From positions 96,001 to 160,000 of the IMG/VR virus record IMGVR_UViG_3300047510_001668: a stretch of 64,000 nt of DNA; one strand, given 5' to 3'. Shown in pieces: positions 1-8,069 of the stretch; within the stretch, counting starts at the first letter, position 1, and every line of letters starts with the position of its first letter. The stretch comes from a virus. The notes below the pieces were generated by a model. That model made no database searches. It worked only from the letters and a program-made list of their open reading frames with translations, and was not told where the DNA came from. Both the position numbers and the translations under genes were made by a program.

Positions 1-558
1 CAACCGATGCCAATCCGCCTCGGAAATCTTTTGAGCATTATTGTTGATGCTTAGAAACAGAGTGCGAACCTGGTCGCTTCCCAGGTCCTCCAGCTTGCCT
101 GAGAACGTGGCCACAGGCACCTGTTGGGTGTCTGGCAACTGAAACACCTGTGTGTAAATCACCCACAAAGAAATCACGGTGTGCTGACCATCCACCACCA
201 CGTACTTCTGGTGCGTGTCGCTCCAGAACACACGTGCAGGCTGCACCTGCAGGCTGTCAAAGTTCATGAGAATTCTGGAAACATGGCTGAGATCCAGCTC
301 TCGCTGAAGATGTCCCAGAAACATCAATTCATTCAGGGAAACACTTTTCGCCTGAACCATGTTCATGCTGTTCAGGGAGGTGATGTGGTGGCCAGCGGCT
401 TTCACAGTTTCACGGAGCCAGAGCTGGGATTGAGCGGGGGAAAATGTTTCCTGCACCGCTTCTGTCAGGCGCTCCTCACAGGTTTGAGGATGCATGGCGT
501 CAATGTACGCCTTGGTGAGCTTCTCATTCTTTTGAGAAGCATACAACGGGTTCTTCAT
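1..558 (-). CDS. ParB/Srx-like (DGQH-motif, DUF6551-like) protein, truncated by the window edge; missing from the ORF track
   Basis: Manual translation from ATG at 558 (AGGAG SD upstream): MKNPLYASQ...QRELDLSHVSRILMNFDSLQVQPARVFWSDTHQKYVVVDGQHTVISL..., open to position 1. Confidence 0.7.
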   Translation of the reverse strand, partial: MKNPLYASQKNEKLTKAYIDAMHPQTCEERLTEAVQETFSPAQSQLWLRETVKAAGHHITSLNSMNMVQAKSVSLNELMFLGHLQRELDLSHVSRILMNFDSLQVQPARVFWSDTHQKYVVVDGQHTVISLWVIYTQVFQLPDTQQVPVATFSGKLEDLGSDQVRTLFLSINNNAQKISEADWHRL

Positions 559-700
559 ATGTATTCTCCTTCTTACTCCTGATTATGGCTCAGGCGAGTG
601 CCACACATGTTATGGTAGTCATGGTCTACTTGACCTCACATGAGGTCCATTCTGGAGTATACACACATCTCAACAACATGTCAAGCATGTGTTTCACCAT

Positions 701-850
701 TTACTTTTTCAATGATTCCTTTTGTGCTTTTCGACATTTCATGCAATAGCTGTTTTCCTTTTTCAACAGCTTCTGACACCAGAAACTCAGGCACTTGTAT
801 TTGGAATTCATGCATCCAGGTGAACGTTCCGGCTTCCAGGCCCAGCTCAT
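701..850 (-). CDS. Cys-rich basic microprotein (49 aa)
   Basis: MSWAWKPERSPGCMNSKYKCLSFWCQKLLKKENSYCMKCRKAQKESLKK; ATGA overlap with the upstream gene's stop. Confidence 0.55.
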   Translation of the reverse strand: MSWAWKPERSPGCMNSKYKCLSFWCQKLLKKENSYCMKCRKAQKESLKK

Positions 851-1029
851 GAGGTGTACTCCTTGATTCGGCGTTGAAATTCTCGGTCACGCTTGTGAGC
901 ACCATTTCGATTAGGTTCCACCATTCGCAGATGGTCAGTCAAACCACCCACAGCGTCACCATTCTTTCGAATAGGCTCCCAGCTCTGAAACTCCTCGTAC
1001 TCCTCGTCCAGATAGTCCCACTTGCTCAT
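847..1029 (-). CDS. hypothetical protein (60 aa)
   Basis: MSKWDYLDEEYEEFQSW...; C-terminal part of track ORF 847..1314; ATGA-coupled start. Confidence 0.6.
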   Translation of the reverse strand: MSKWDYLDEEYEEFQSWEPIRKNGDAVGGLTDHLRMVEPNRNGAHKRDREFQRRIKEYTS

Positions 1030-1109
1030 TGAATCACCTTGTCTAGGATGAATATGATAACCACAGAAATCAGAAACATCTTGGCACCAAACCATACAGG
1101 CCATGTCAT
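1026..1109 (-). CDS. single-TM microprotein (27 aa)
   Basis: MTWPVWFGAKMFLISVVIIFILDKVIQ; ATGA overlaps at both ends. Confidence 0.5.
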   Translation of the reverse strand: MTWPVWFGAKMFLISVVIIFILDKVIQ

Positions 1110-1228
1110 GAAATGTCTCGCTCCTCATCTTTCTTGATGAGATAGTAGCTGATTTGAGCATACAATGCACTAAACAATACAAAGATTGCGCCCACACAGA
1201 CCAGAACAACACCAATCTTGAATAGCAT
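1106..1228 (-). CDS. single-TM microprotein (40 aa)
   Basis: MLFKIGVVLVCVGAIFVLFSALYAQISYYLIKKDEERDIS; starts 1 nt after the previous stop. Confidence 0.55.
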   Translation of the reverse strand: MLFKIGVVLVCVGAIFVLFSALYAQISYYLIKKDEERDIS

Positions 1229-1229
1229 A

Positions 1230-1331
1230 TCAGACCCGCTTCCAAATCAAGTAAATCATGATGGTGAATCCAATGGCAGCGGACACCCACCCTGCGTTCC
1301 CACGGCTCAACCAAACACCAATGGCTTCCAT
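1230..1331 (-). CDS. single-TM microprotein (33 aa)
   Basis: MEAIGVWLSRGNAGWVSAAIGFTIMIYLIWKRV; TGATG overlap with the upstream gene. Confidence 0.55.
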   Translation of the reverse strand: MEAIGVWLSRGNAGWVSAAIGFTIMIYLIWKRV

Positions 1332-1585
1332 CAGAACCCCCAGGTCTTCACAGCCTGACGCATATGCTGTTGCTGTGGCGTGTGAGAAATGGTGACCCAG
1401 GCATCGGCGATGCTCGCCTCCACAATGTCATGAGCATACACACTACCCATCTCCGTGACATAGCCTTCCACTGCTGCCAGGCGAGTGTTACCACGTGCAT
1501 TGTCCACCAGAGTGGCATACCAACCGTTCGCCAGCTTCACACGCGTTCCCTTCTTCAGGTCATTGGTCTTAACCAAGCTCGACAT
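1331..1585 (-). CDS. phage hypothetical protein (SH3-like beta fold likely)
   Basis: Start reassigned to MSSLVKTNDLKKGTRV... by AGGAG SD. Confidence 0.7.
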   Translation of the reverse strand: MSSLVKTNDLKKGTRVKLANGWYATLVDNARGNTRLAAVEGYVTEMGSVYAHDIVEASIADAWVTISHTPQQQHMRQAVKTWGF

Positions 1586-1775
1586 CTGTAGTCTCCTTTT
1601 GTGGATATAAAGTTTCCCAACAATCTCGACACATCTGGCCTGCACCTTCAATGTAATACAATCGTTGCTGAATGTCAAGTGTTTTTGGTGTACCAGTTAA
1701 TTCTTTACAACTAATACACCGCTCATACAACTCCTCCTTGTGTATTTGGCGTTGAATGAACATTCCATCCGTCAT
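1569..1775 (-). CDS. zinc-finger hypothetical protein
   Basis: CISC...YIEGAGQMCRDC; ATGA-coupled start at 1775. Confidence 0.65.
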   Translation of the reverse strand: MTDGMFIQRQIHKEELYERCISCKELTGTPKTLDIQQRLYYIEGAGQMCRDCWETLYPQKETTDVELG

Positions 1776-1999
1776 ACCAAATACCCCGCGGAGTGCTTGC
1801 ACTTTCTCCGATAGGTAAACCCAGGGCAATCGCATACCACTCTCCCATTATTATGAATTTCCACAATGTATTTTCCCACATGCTTCTTCTTCACCTGCGA
1901 CTTCACTTGAACAGGACGAATCCAATCAATGTCATCCAATGTGGTACCCTCAGGAACCACGGTCCAGGTGGGCATCACAATGGTCTTGCCACCCAACAC
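1772..1999 (-). CDS. SWIM zinc-finger protein (start uncertain)
   Basis: CDCPGFTYRRKCKH matches the SWIM CxC...CxH motif. Confidence 0.7.
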   Translation of the reverse strand: MLGGKTIVMPTWTVVPEGTTLDDIDWIRPVQVKSQVKKKHVGKYIVEIHNNGRVVCDCPGFTYRRKCKHSAGYLV

Positions 2000-2172
2000 A
2001 GCAATGGCAGGATTGTGAATGCTGGTGATGCCATCACCTGCTGTCCTTCATAATGAGCCAGCGCCTGAACCTCATAGAAATCATTCTCACACTCAGGCGT
2101 GCAAAACTCCTGATCCTCGTCAATCCATTCACCGCAGATGCAAAGCTTGGGATCCATCAGGTCGGGATTCAT
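1975..2172 (-). CDS. small zinc-ribbon protein
   Basis: CICG...FCTPEC; SD and early promoter directly upstream. Confidence 0.6.
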   Translation of the reverse strand: MNPDLMDPKLCICGEWIDEDQEFCTPECENDFYEVQALAHYEGQQVMASPAFTILPLLCWVARPL

Positions 2173-2199
2173 ACATCCTCACGTTGAAGTTATACATGA

Positions 2200-2262
2200 A
2201 ATATAACAAAAAAGGGGACCTTTGTCAAGTCCCCTTCTAAGTGCTTGAAAATCAACAACTTA
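2200..2262 (-). promoter_or_regulatory. sigma70-type early promoter with upstream 25-bp palindrome
   Basis: TTGACA (2223-2228), N17, TATATT (2200-2205); palindrome TAAGTGCTTGAAAATCAACAACTTA at 2238-2262. Confidence 0.85.
2205..2237 (-). terminator. Rho-independent terminator overlapping the promoter (-35 box in the loop)
   Basis: AGGGGAC-TTGACAAAG-GTCCCCT followed by a T-run, downstream of the lipase gene. Confidence 0.7.
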
Positions 2263-3030
2263 CAGTGGTATAGACGCCGCTGTCAAGAAGATGCGATAGT
2301 TATCAGAACTATGGTCTTTGGCATCACCTGTAATAGTGTTGATAAGACTCCGAGGACTTGCCAATCCCAACAACTTTAATGGATTAAAGGTGCGTTCATA
2401 ATTCAATGTGGCAACACCTTTATCATTAATATGATGCATGGTGCCGCAATGATAGAACATAGGAGCAAAAGGAATCTTGGTGACAATATCACCATCATTC
2501 ACCCAACGATGATGTTCAAATGGCAAGGTATTGAAAAAGTTCACAAACTTTCTGTTACCTACCCGAGGACTACCATAGGTGAATAATGCTGTAGGAGTAG
2601 GTGTTAAATCATACGTGGCAAACCGATAGGCCATGATGGTGGCCATGGCAGCACCTAAGCTATGTCCTGTGAACCACACATTCTTTTCTGTTTTCTTCAC
2701 ATCCACACCACGTGTCAGAATGGGAGCCCACACCTTATCCACATAATGATTGAATCCAATATGAATTTTACCTACACGTGCATCCGTCTTGGAAATACTT
2801 AAATCTGCCTTGATGTCGGCAATTTGCTTCACTTCTGTACCACGGCATGCCACAATCATGTCTGTATCATTTTCCAACACAAAGGCGTCAGATCCTTTGT
2901 ATCCATAATACATGACATCATAACCTTTCATTCCAAATACAGTGCGAACAGCTTCAGGTTTGTTGTAGACATAGTTGCTGAGTTGAGCAAAAAATGCACT
3001 TTGTTCGATTAGATTCATCTTTTTTATCAT
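2260..3030 (-). CDS. class 3 lipase (alpha/beta hydrolase)
   Basis: GHSLG nucleophile elbow, ACRGT, H-x-GF, YGSPRVG, DIVTKIP and a C-terminal His. Confidence 0.9.
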   Translation of the reverse strand: MIKKMNLIEQSAFFAQLSNYVYNKPEAVRTVFGMKGYDVMYYGYKGSDAFVLENDTDMIVACRGTEVKQIADIKADLSISKTDARVGKIHIGFNHYVDKVWAPILTRGVDVKKTEKNVWFTGHSLGAAMATIMAYRFATYDLTPTPTALFTYGSPRVGNRKFVNFFNTLPFEHHRWVNDGDIVTKIPFAPMFYHCGTMHHINDKGVATLNYERTFNPLKLLGLASPRSLINTITGDAKDHSSDNYRIFLTAASIPL

Positions 3031-4370
3031 AGCGTCATCCTTGATCCTACGAGTAGGAAGTTTAAAGGTTTTTGATTTTGTACCATCATCACACGATGAG
3101 CAATGGTGGCGCCGAAACGTTTTGTGACTTTGTAATCTAATGAATTACCCACCATCATGCTAGTGGCTTTGTTGGTGACTAATTTGGTCATGTCACTATA
3201 TGATACAGGACTTGCCATCACAAAGAATTGTGGTGATAGCACCATGCGTTCATTCAATGTGATGGGGGGATGCATCCAGAAGCCTACCAGACTTGTGGCA
3301 TAGCTGGTGCCACCATCAGGCATGAACAAGGCAATCATACCGCCACTGATGCCTGCCACACCCCAACGAGGGCTTGGCTTTACATATGTATATCCCACCA
3401 AGGTCATCTTGGTGCCTTTCAAATAGGCTGCTGTGGCAGAATGGCTGCTGATGCTTGACAACTTACCTTTTTTGAAATTCATTTTGGTGTAACTGCCTGA
3501 TACAGCAGCTTGATCCAATGTGGTCCAGATGATGGCTGTACCACCATAACTCTTGTCGCCTGCCAAACTGCTTTGTGACACACCCACTGTGAATAATGCT
3601 GTCAAACTACCATCAGGGTTCTGTCCTGCTGTCAAGTCTGATGCCACCATGATGGGATTCACAGCCTCGGATTTCTTTTTCTCTTCCTTCTTTTCTTCTT
3701 TTTTCTCTTCGGACTTTTCTTCAGACTTGCTTTCAGACTTGCTTTCTTCTGATTTGCTTTCTGATTTAGTTTCTGAGGAAGATTCTGACTTGGCTTCGGT
3801 CTTGGTTTCTGTGGGCTTGGATTCACTACTACTGGAGCTGGCAGGTGCTGGTTCTGATGAGGAACTGCTAGGAGCAGGAGTAGAGCTGCTGCTGGATGGA
3901 GCAGGTGTTGCTGGAGCTGGGGGAGGAGGTGTGCTTGTGGCTGCTGATGTGGCAGCCGAGCCCGCAGCACTGCTTGCTGCTGAACTGGCTGCACTACTGG
4001 CTGCTGATGATGCAGCGGCACTGGCAGCTGATGATGCGGCGGCAGTAGCGGCGGCCGTGGCAGCTTGTGTTGCCACTGTGGTAGTGGTTTGTGTCACCAC
4101 AGGATTGTTCGCAACAGGACAAGGCACAGTGGCAGTAACCTGTGCCACCCATGCCTGTAGTTCTCCTGCTTGTGCCTGTTGTGCCGTGAATACTTTAGAT
4201 GCTCCACGATACATCACCATGACACCCACATTACTCAAAGGAAATGTAGCTGTTTGTACTGTATTAGTACACGGATCCACCCAAGTTTGTACCACAACTT
4301 GGGCCTTACCACAGCTTGTGGCTGTGAACAACAGAACAGCTAATGCCGTAGCAAGATATCTCATTTTCAT
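3027..4370 (-). CDS. secreted/outer-membrane protein with Ala/Ser/Pro/Glu/Lys low-complexity linker and C-terminal beta-barrel-like domain
   Basis: Signal peptide, long low-complexity stalk, alternating amphipathic beta-strands in the C-terminal half. Confidence 0.65.
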   Translation of the reverse strand: MKMRYLATALAVLLFTATSCGKAQVVVQTWVDPCTNTVQTATFPLSNVGVMVMYRGASKVFTAQQAQAGELQAWVAQVTATVPCPVANNPVVTQTTTTVATQAATAAATAAASSAASAAASSAASSAASSAASSAAGSAATSAATSTPPPPAPATPAPSSSSSTPAPSSSSSEPAPASSSSSESKPTETKTEAKSESSSETKSESKSEESKSESKSEEKSEEKKEEKKEEKKKSEAVNPIMVASDLTAGQNPDGSLTALFTVGVSQSSLAGDKSYGGTAIIWTTLDQAAVSGSYTKMNFKKGKLSSISSHSATAAYLKGTKMTLVGYTYVKPSPRWGVAGISGGMIALFMPDGGTSYATSLVGFWMHPPITLNERMVLSPQFFVMASPVSYSDMTKLVTNKATSMMVGNSLDYKVTKRFGATIAHRVMMVQNQKPLNFLLVGSRMTL

Positions 4371-4978
4371 GGCAACTTACGAAGTTTGTTTACACTATCC
4401 AATGGTACTTTGTGCATTTCAAATGACTTGGAACGTTCTGGAACATTGGGAAACACATAGGCTTCGGTTAGATTTTTGTAACGAATCACCTTCCAACAAT
4501 GTGTGGGAACTGCCACCCGGGTGATTTTGAATGCTTCACCGACACATCCTGCCTTTACGATGACTGAATCATTTTCTACTGCAAGAATTCTAGTCCATTC
4601 TTCCAAGTTCTTCCATTGACCACGATTCAATCCGGGATATTGTGGCGCCATGTTGGTGAAGTAGAAACTTTCTGCCATATGTTTTTCATTGCACCGTGCA
4701 TCTGCTGCAGGTGAAATGTGTCCACGGTCAAATCCTGTTTTGACATAATCATCATCCACATCACTGTCTTTTTTCACTTGTGGGTCTGGTAGGAACTTGT
4801 CTGTTCTTTTTGTTGGATTCTTACATTCCAACTTGCTACGAGTAACCACCCACTCCACAAGAACAGGATATTTCTTGCTCTTGGAAAACACAGATTCATA
4901 GTTGCCATGCTTCACACGAACGGTATCTTGTGCTTCTACAGATGTTGCCAATAGGAACAACAATAGGAATTTTTTCAT
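4367..4978 (-). CDS. secreted DNA/RNA non-specific endonuclease (NucA/EndoG family)
   Basis: Signal peptide; FDRGH, NMAPQ...LNRGQWKNLE, VPTHCWKV motifs. Confidence 0.9.
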   Translation of the reverse strand: MKKFLLLFLLATSVEAQDTVRVKHGNYESVFSKSKKYPVLVEWVVTRSKLECKNPTKRTDKFLPDPQVKKDSDVDDDYVKTGFDRGHISPAADARCNEKHMAESFYFTNMAPQYPGLNRGQWKNLEEWTRILAVENDSVIVKAGCVGEAFKITRVAVPTHCWKVIRYKNLTEAYVFPNVPERSKSFEMHKVPLDSVNKLRKLP

Positions 4979-4984
4979 GATGAA

Positions 4985-5695
4985 TTAGTTTGCGAAGATT
5001 TTTTTACGAATCATTCTGGTGATGATTTTTGCTGATGCATCTTCCAATGCCTTCTTGGTGCTGGTGCCAATGGTGCTTTGATTGAATTTCACTTCTCCGA
5101 AGTTGTCATCATTCATCAATGTCAACTCACGAACAGTGGTGGCCACACCTAGTCCTGAACCTGTGAAGTATTCACCTGTTTCAGCATCCACAAACTTCAC
5201 TTGAAGTCCCAAACGGGTGACCATCTTGTTCTTCACACCATCCTTCAGATTCACTGTTTCATCTTCTGACACAGAGAAATCATAGACTTCAATGTAGGCG
5301 AAGTATCGTGCCAACTTAATCTTGCCACGACCATCCAGTTTGTTTTCTGTGATGCCTGATTGTGATGCTTGAAATTGCTTCACCATTCTGTTTTTGATTT
5401 CCGTCTTGTCTTCCGTGAAGGTGAACCGATTGGTTTCTTCCAGAAATTCCACCACGATGTTGGTGACACCCAGACCCACACGCTTGTCCTTCAGCTCTGG
5501 ATACATGGCGTACACTTCTTCACTGATACCCAAGCTTAACAATTGGATGGGAACTTTTGGTCCTTCATAATCCATCAAGGCATTGATGTCAGTTTTTTGT
5601 TCAAATGATGCACGATATTCTTCCGTCTTGGTGGTGCCAACTACTTGTGCTGAAAGTAGTGTTGGAACTAGTAGCAATGTGAGTAATTTTTTCAT
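4985..5695 (-). CDS. CsgG/TolB-N-like envelope protein
   Basis: Signal peptide; GVTNIVVEFL..TNRF, LGLQVKFVDAETGE, IGTSTKKALEDA pattern typical of the CsgG-like family. Confidence 0.7.
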   Translation of the reverse strand: MKKLLTLLLVPTLLSAQVVGTTKTEEYRASFEQKTDINALMDYEGPKVPIQLLSLGISEEVYAMYPELKDKRVGLGVTNIVVEFLEETNRFTFTEDKTEIKNRMVKQFQASQSGITENKLDGRGKIKLARYFAYIEVYDFSVSEDETVNLKDGVKNKMVTRLGLQVKFVDAETGEYFTGSGLGVATTVRELTLMNDDNFGEVKFNQSTIGTSTKKALEDASAKIITRMIRKKIFAN

Positions 5696-5703
5696 TGGAT
5701 ATC

Positions 5704-6576
5704 CTAAAATTGAAATTGTGTTCCCACCATGAATATAACTGGATTACTTTTTTTGTATCCTACTGATTCGCCAAATTTGTCAAGTGTGGTGTTCAATCTG
5801 ATGTTGGTGTTCAATACAAATCGTTTTGTGATTTTCCAATCCACAGATGTTCCGTAATACACATCTAAATTGAAATCACTGAAATATGCAATATTGGTTA
5901 TACCATTTTTGTAAACCTTGTGTATATCGCTAAGTGCAAATATCTGTGGTGAGATGTTCACCTTGTCTGTTTTGAAGGTGTAGGTGTACATCAGCATGGC
6001 TCTGGTTACTACTTGACTGGATGCTGGATTCATGGGATAGATGTTCTTCACCCAGTTTCCTTGTTCATCCACTATATATTCCCCTTGCCATGCACCCTCA
6101 TATTCTCCCCAAAAAGTCTTGGACACATTCACAGTAGCACCAAATGTACCAAATGTTTTTGTTGGAAACAATTCTATCACGGAAAGTGTGATGTTCTTTT
6201 GAAAATCAAAATCCGTGGAAACAAATGCTTGGAGCGTGGAGGTTACATGATTGGTGTTTCTGGTAATTCCATAACCAGCACCATAATAATCCCAAGCAGG
6301 ATTTAGTGATGTTAGGAAGGATTGACTCCATGCTCCAGACAATGAAGATTTGTTGTATCCTAGATTCAAAGTTGTAGACACCTGTTCACCAACGATGCTT
6401 ACAGATAGATTGGAGGATGACAACACATCTTTTTGAAAATCCACATACGATTGCACTACACCAATACCATTCCACGCAGAACTTGCTTCAAACAATTCTT
6501 TGGGTGATAGTTTTACTGTATCAGCTTGTGCCATCAACAATGACGGAACCAAAAACAACCATAATAATTTTTTCAT
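5704..6576 (-). CDS. putative outer-membrane beta-barrel protein
   Basis: Signal peptide, amphipathic strands, C-terminal Phe (VGTQFQF) beta-signal. Confidence 0.7.
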   Translation of the reverse strand: MKKLLWLFLVPSLLMAQADTVKLSPKELFEASSAWNGIGVVQSYVDFQKDVLSSSNLSVSIVGEQVSTTLNLGYNKSSLSGAWSQSFLTSLNPAWDYYGAGYGITRNTNHVTSTLQAFVSTDFDFQKNITLSVIELFPTKTFGTFGATVNVSKTFWGEYEGAWQGEYIVDEQGNWVKNIYPMNPASSQVVTRAMLMYTYTFKTDKVNISPQIFALSDIHKVYKNGITNIAYFSDFNLDVYYGTSVDWKITKRFVLNTNIRLNTTLDKFGESVGYKKSNPVIFMVGTQFQF

Positions 6577-6875
6577 TATTCTTCCCCTTCACCAGCCTTT
6601 GCTTGCTTGACTGCTGTTGGTGAGAACTTTTCCAATCCTGCGATACCGAATGAACCTAATGTGATGACCATGAATGAATTGTATACGAATTCATGAATTT
6701 CCAATGGAATACCCATAACACCTGTTACAAGGTCCACCAAAGAATACAAGGTCATCACTGCAAATGATAGGAAACCAATTACTGTCTTTTCGTTATATTC
6801 ATTGTTATCTTGGAAGATTTGTGAAAACTTTGATAACAATCCTTTTTGAATTTGTTTTGCGTCCATGTTAGCCAC
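6576..6875 (-). CDS. two-TM membrane protein (holin-like)
   Basis: Two hydrophobic helices and charged termini. Confidence 0.6.
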   Translation of the reverse strand: MANMDAKQIQKGLLSKFSQIFQDNNEYNEKTVIGFLSFAVMTLYSLVDLVTGVMGIPLEIHEFVYNSFMVITLGSFGIAGLEKFSPTAVKQAKAGEGEE

Positions 6876-7275
6876 CTAGTGTGTTGGAGAATGATTGACC
6901 ATCTTCTTCATCCATCTTTTGTACTAACATCTTGTCCTTGTCGGTGTCTGAGAACCAGTAGTCAATAATCTTACCGTATGAACCGATGAAGGCACCGAGC
7001 ATAAGAAGGAGAAGTTCCTTCCATTCTCCGTCAATTGCTGTTTGATTGTATACTGCCATGGTGATACCTGCCACAATCATCATGAATGTGATGAGAACAA
7101 TTGCCGTGATGTTCCAACGGCGTGTCATCATCTTGAACAACATTTCTTGGAACTTGCTTTCTTGTGCTGCTGATTTTTCTGTTGGTGTAGTCATTGGTGT
7201 TTCCTCAATAGGGAGTGCATCTAGAACCGAAACTTCAGTTTCTTCAGATGTTGTAATTTCTTCTTCATTTCGCAT
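6868..7275 (-). CDS. two-TM membrane protein (holin-like)
   Basis: Two hydrophobic segments followed by IIDYWF and an acidic tail. Confidence 0.6.
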   Translation of the reverse strand: MRNEEEITTSEETEVSVLDALPIEETPMTTPTEKSAAQESKFQEMLFKMMTRRWNITAIVLITFMMIVAGITMAVYNQTAIDGEWKELLLLMLGAFIGSYGKIIDYWFSDTDKDKMLVQKMDEEDGQSFSNTLGG

Positions 7276-7304
7276 AATTCAATCTCCTTGTTAGTGTAAT
7301 CGGA

Positions 7305-7400
7305 TTCATAATAAAAGAATCCCCAGCCTGGATAGACAGGTTCTTTTTTTGCCATCCGTTCTACACGTTCTCCGTAATCCTTAACTTCTTCGGGAGTCAT
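7305..7400 (-). CDS. possible 31-aa microprotein
   Basis: MTPEEVKDYGERVERMAKKRTCLSRLGILLL fills the gap between operon genes. Confidence 0.35.
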
Positions 7401-7406
7401 GATGGC

Positions 7407-7682
7407 TTACCAAAGAGGTTCTTTCTTCAAGTGGTCATCTTTCTTGGGAGCTGGCTTGGCAGGAGCTGCTGCGCCGCCACCTGAACCGCCACCCTTCACC
7501 GTGTTGTTGTTTTCCAGATTGATGACCACAGGTGCCACTGCGGGTGCAGGAGCTGGAGCTGCTGCTTCATCACCACCCATCAATTGCTTACCAATGACAC
7601 CTGCAATGGCTGTCACGATGATGGTTACCAACCCGATAATGGCGTTCTTCAATCCACCGCCACCTTGTGCTTCGTCTGACAT
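7407..7682 (-). CDS. single-TM protein with Ala/Pro/Gly-rich tail
   Basis: Track ORF; AGGAGG SD. Confidence 0.7.
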   Translation of the reverse strand: MSDEAQGGGGLKNAIIGLVTIIVTAIAGVIGKQLMGGDEAAAPAPAPAVAPVVINLENNNTVKGGGSGGGAAAPAKPAPKKDDHLKKEPLW

Positions 7683-7691
7683 GATTACCTC

Positions 7692-8069
7692 CTAATGTTT
7701 AATGATAACGGGCACCTTGGTCATGTTGCCATTAGTGTCCATAAGGGTTAAATCGTAGGAACCATTGGCAATCTTGGTGTAGTCCAATGTTTTCTCTACG
7801 GTGCTGCCACCTGCTGTGAAGCCATGATTATCTACCATCTCACCTTTGATGTTCACCAATTGAAGCGTGTACATGGCTCCTGGTGTGACATCCAATGTTA
7901 CTTTTACTTTATCACTTACTGTCATTGATGAAAGACTTACAATTTTTGTTGAAGCTGATTCACGACCCAGATAGGTTTCATCAATGAATTTTGGGTTGGT
8001 GATGTAATTCGTATCAAAACATCCTACACAAAGAATAACAATTACTGAGTACTGGATGAGTTTTTTCAT
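7692..8069 (-). CDS. lipoprotein with Ig-like domain resembling a T9SS C-terminal sorting domain
   Basis: Lipobox VGC; YTLQLVNIKGEMV...LDYTKIANGSYDLTL..NG...VII pattern. Confidence 0.55.
   Translation of the reverse strand: MKKLIQYSVIVILCVGCFDTNYITNPKFIDETYLGRESASTKIVSLSSMTVSDKVKVTLDVTPGAMYTLQLVNIKGEMVDNHGFTAGGSTVEKTLDYTKIANGSYDLTLMDTNGNMTKVPVIIKH

Noticed and set aside
681-1314. Track ORFs 847..1314 (155 aa) and 681..905 (74 aa) as real proteins
   Set aside because: Replaced by shorter ORFs with exact coupling junctions and coherent composition; the two track ORFs would also overlap by 59 nt
3659-4021. Gln/Leu/Pro-rich 120-aa alternative-frame ORF
   Set aside because: Frame-shifted reading of the low-complexity linker of 3027..4370
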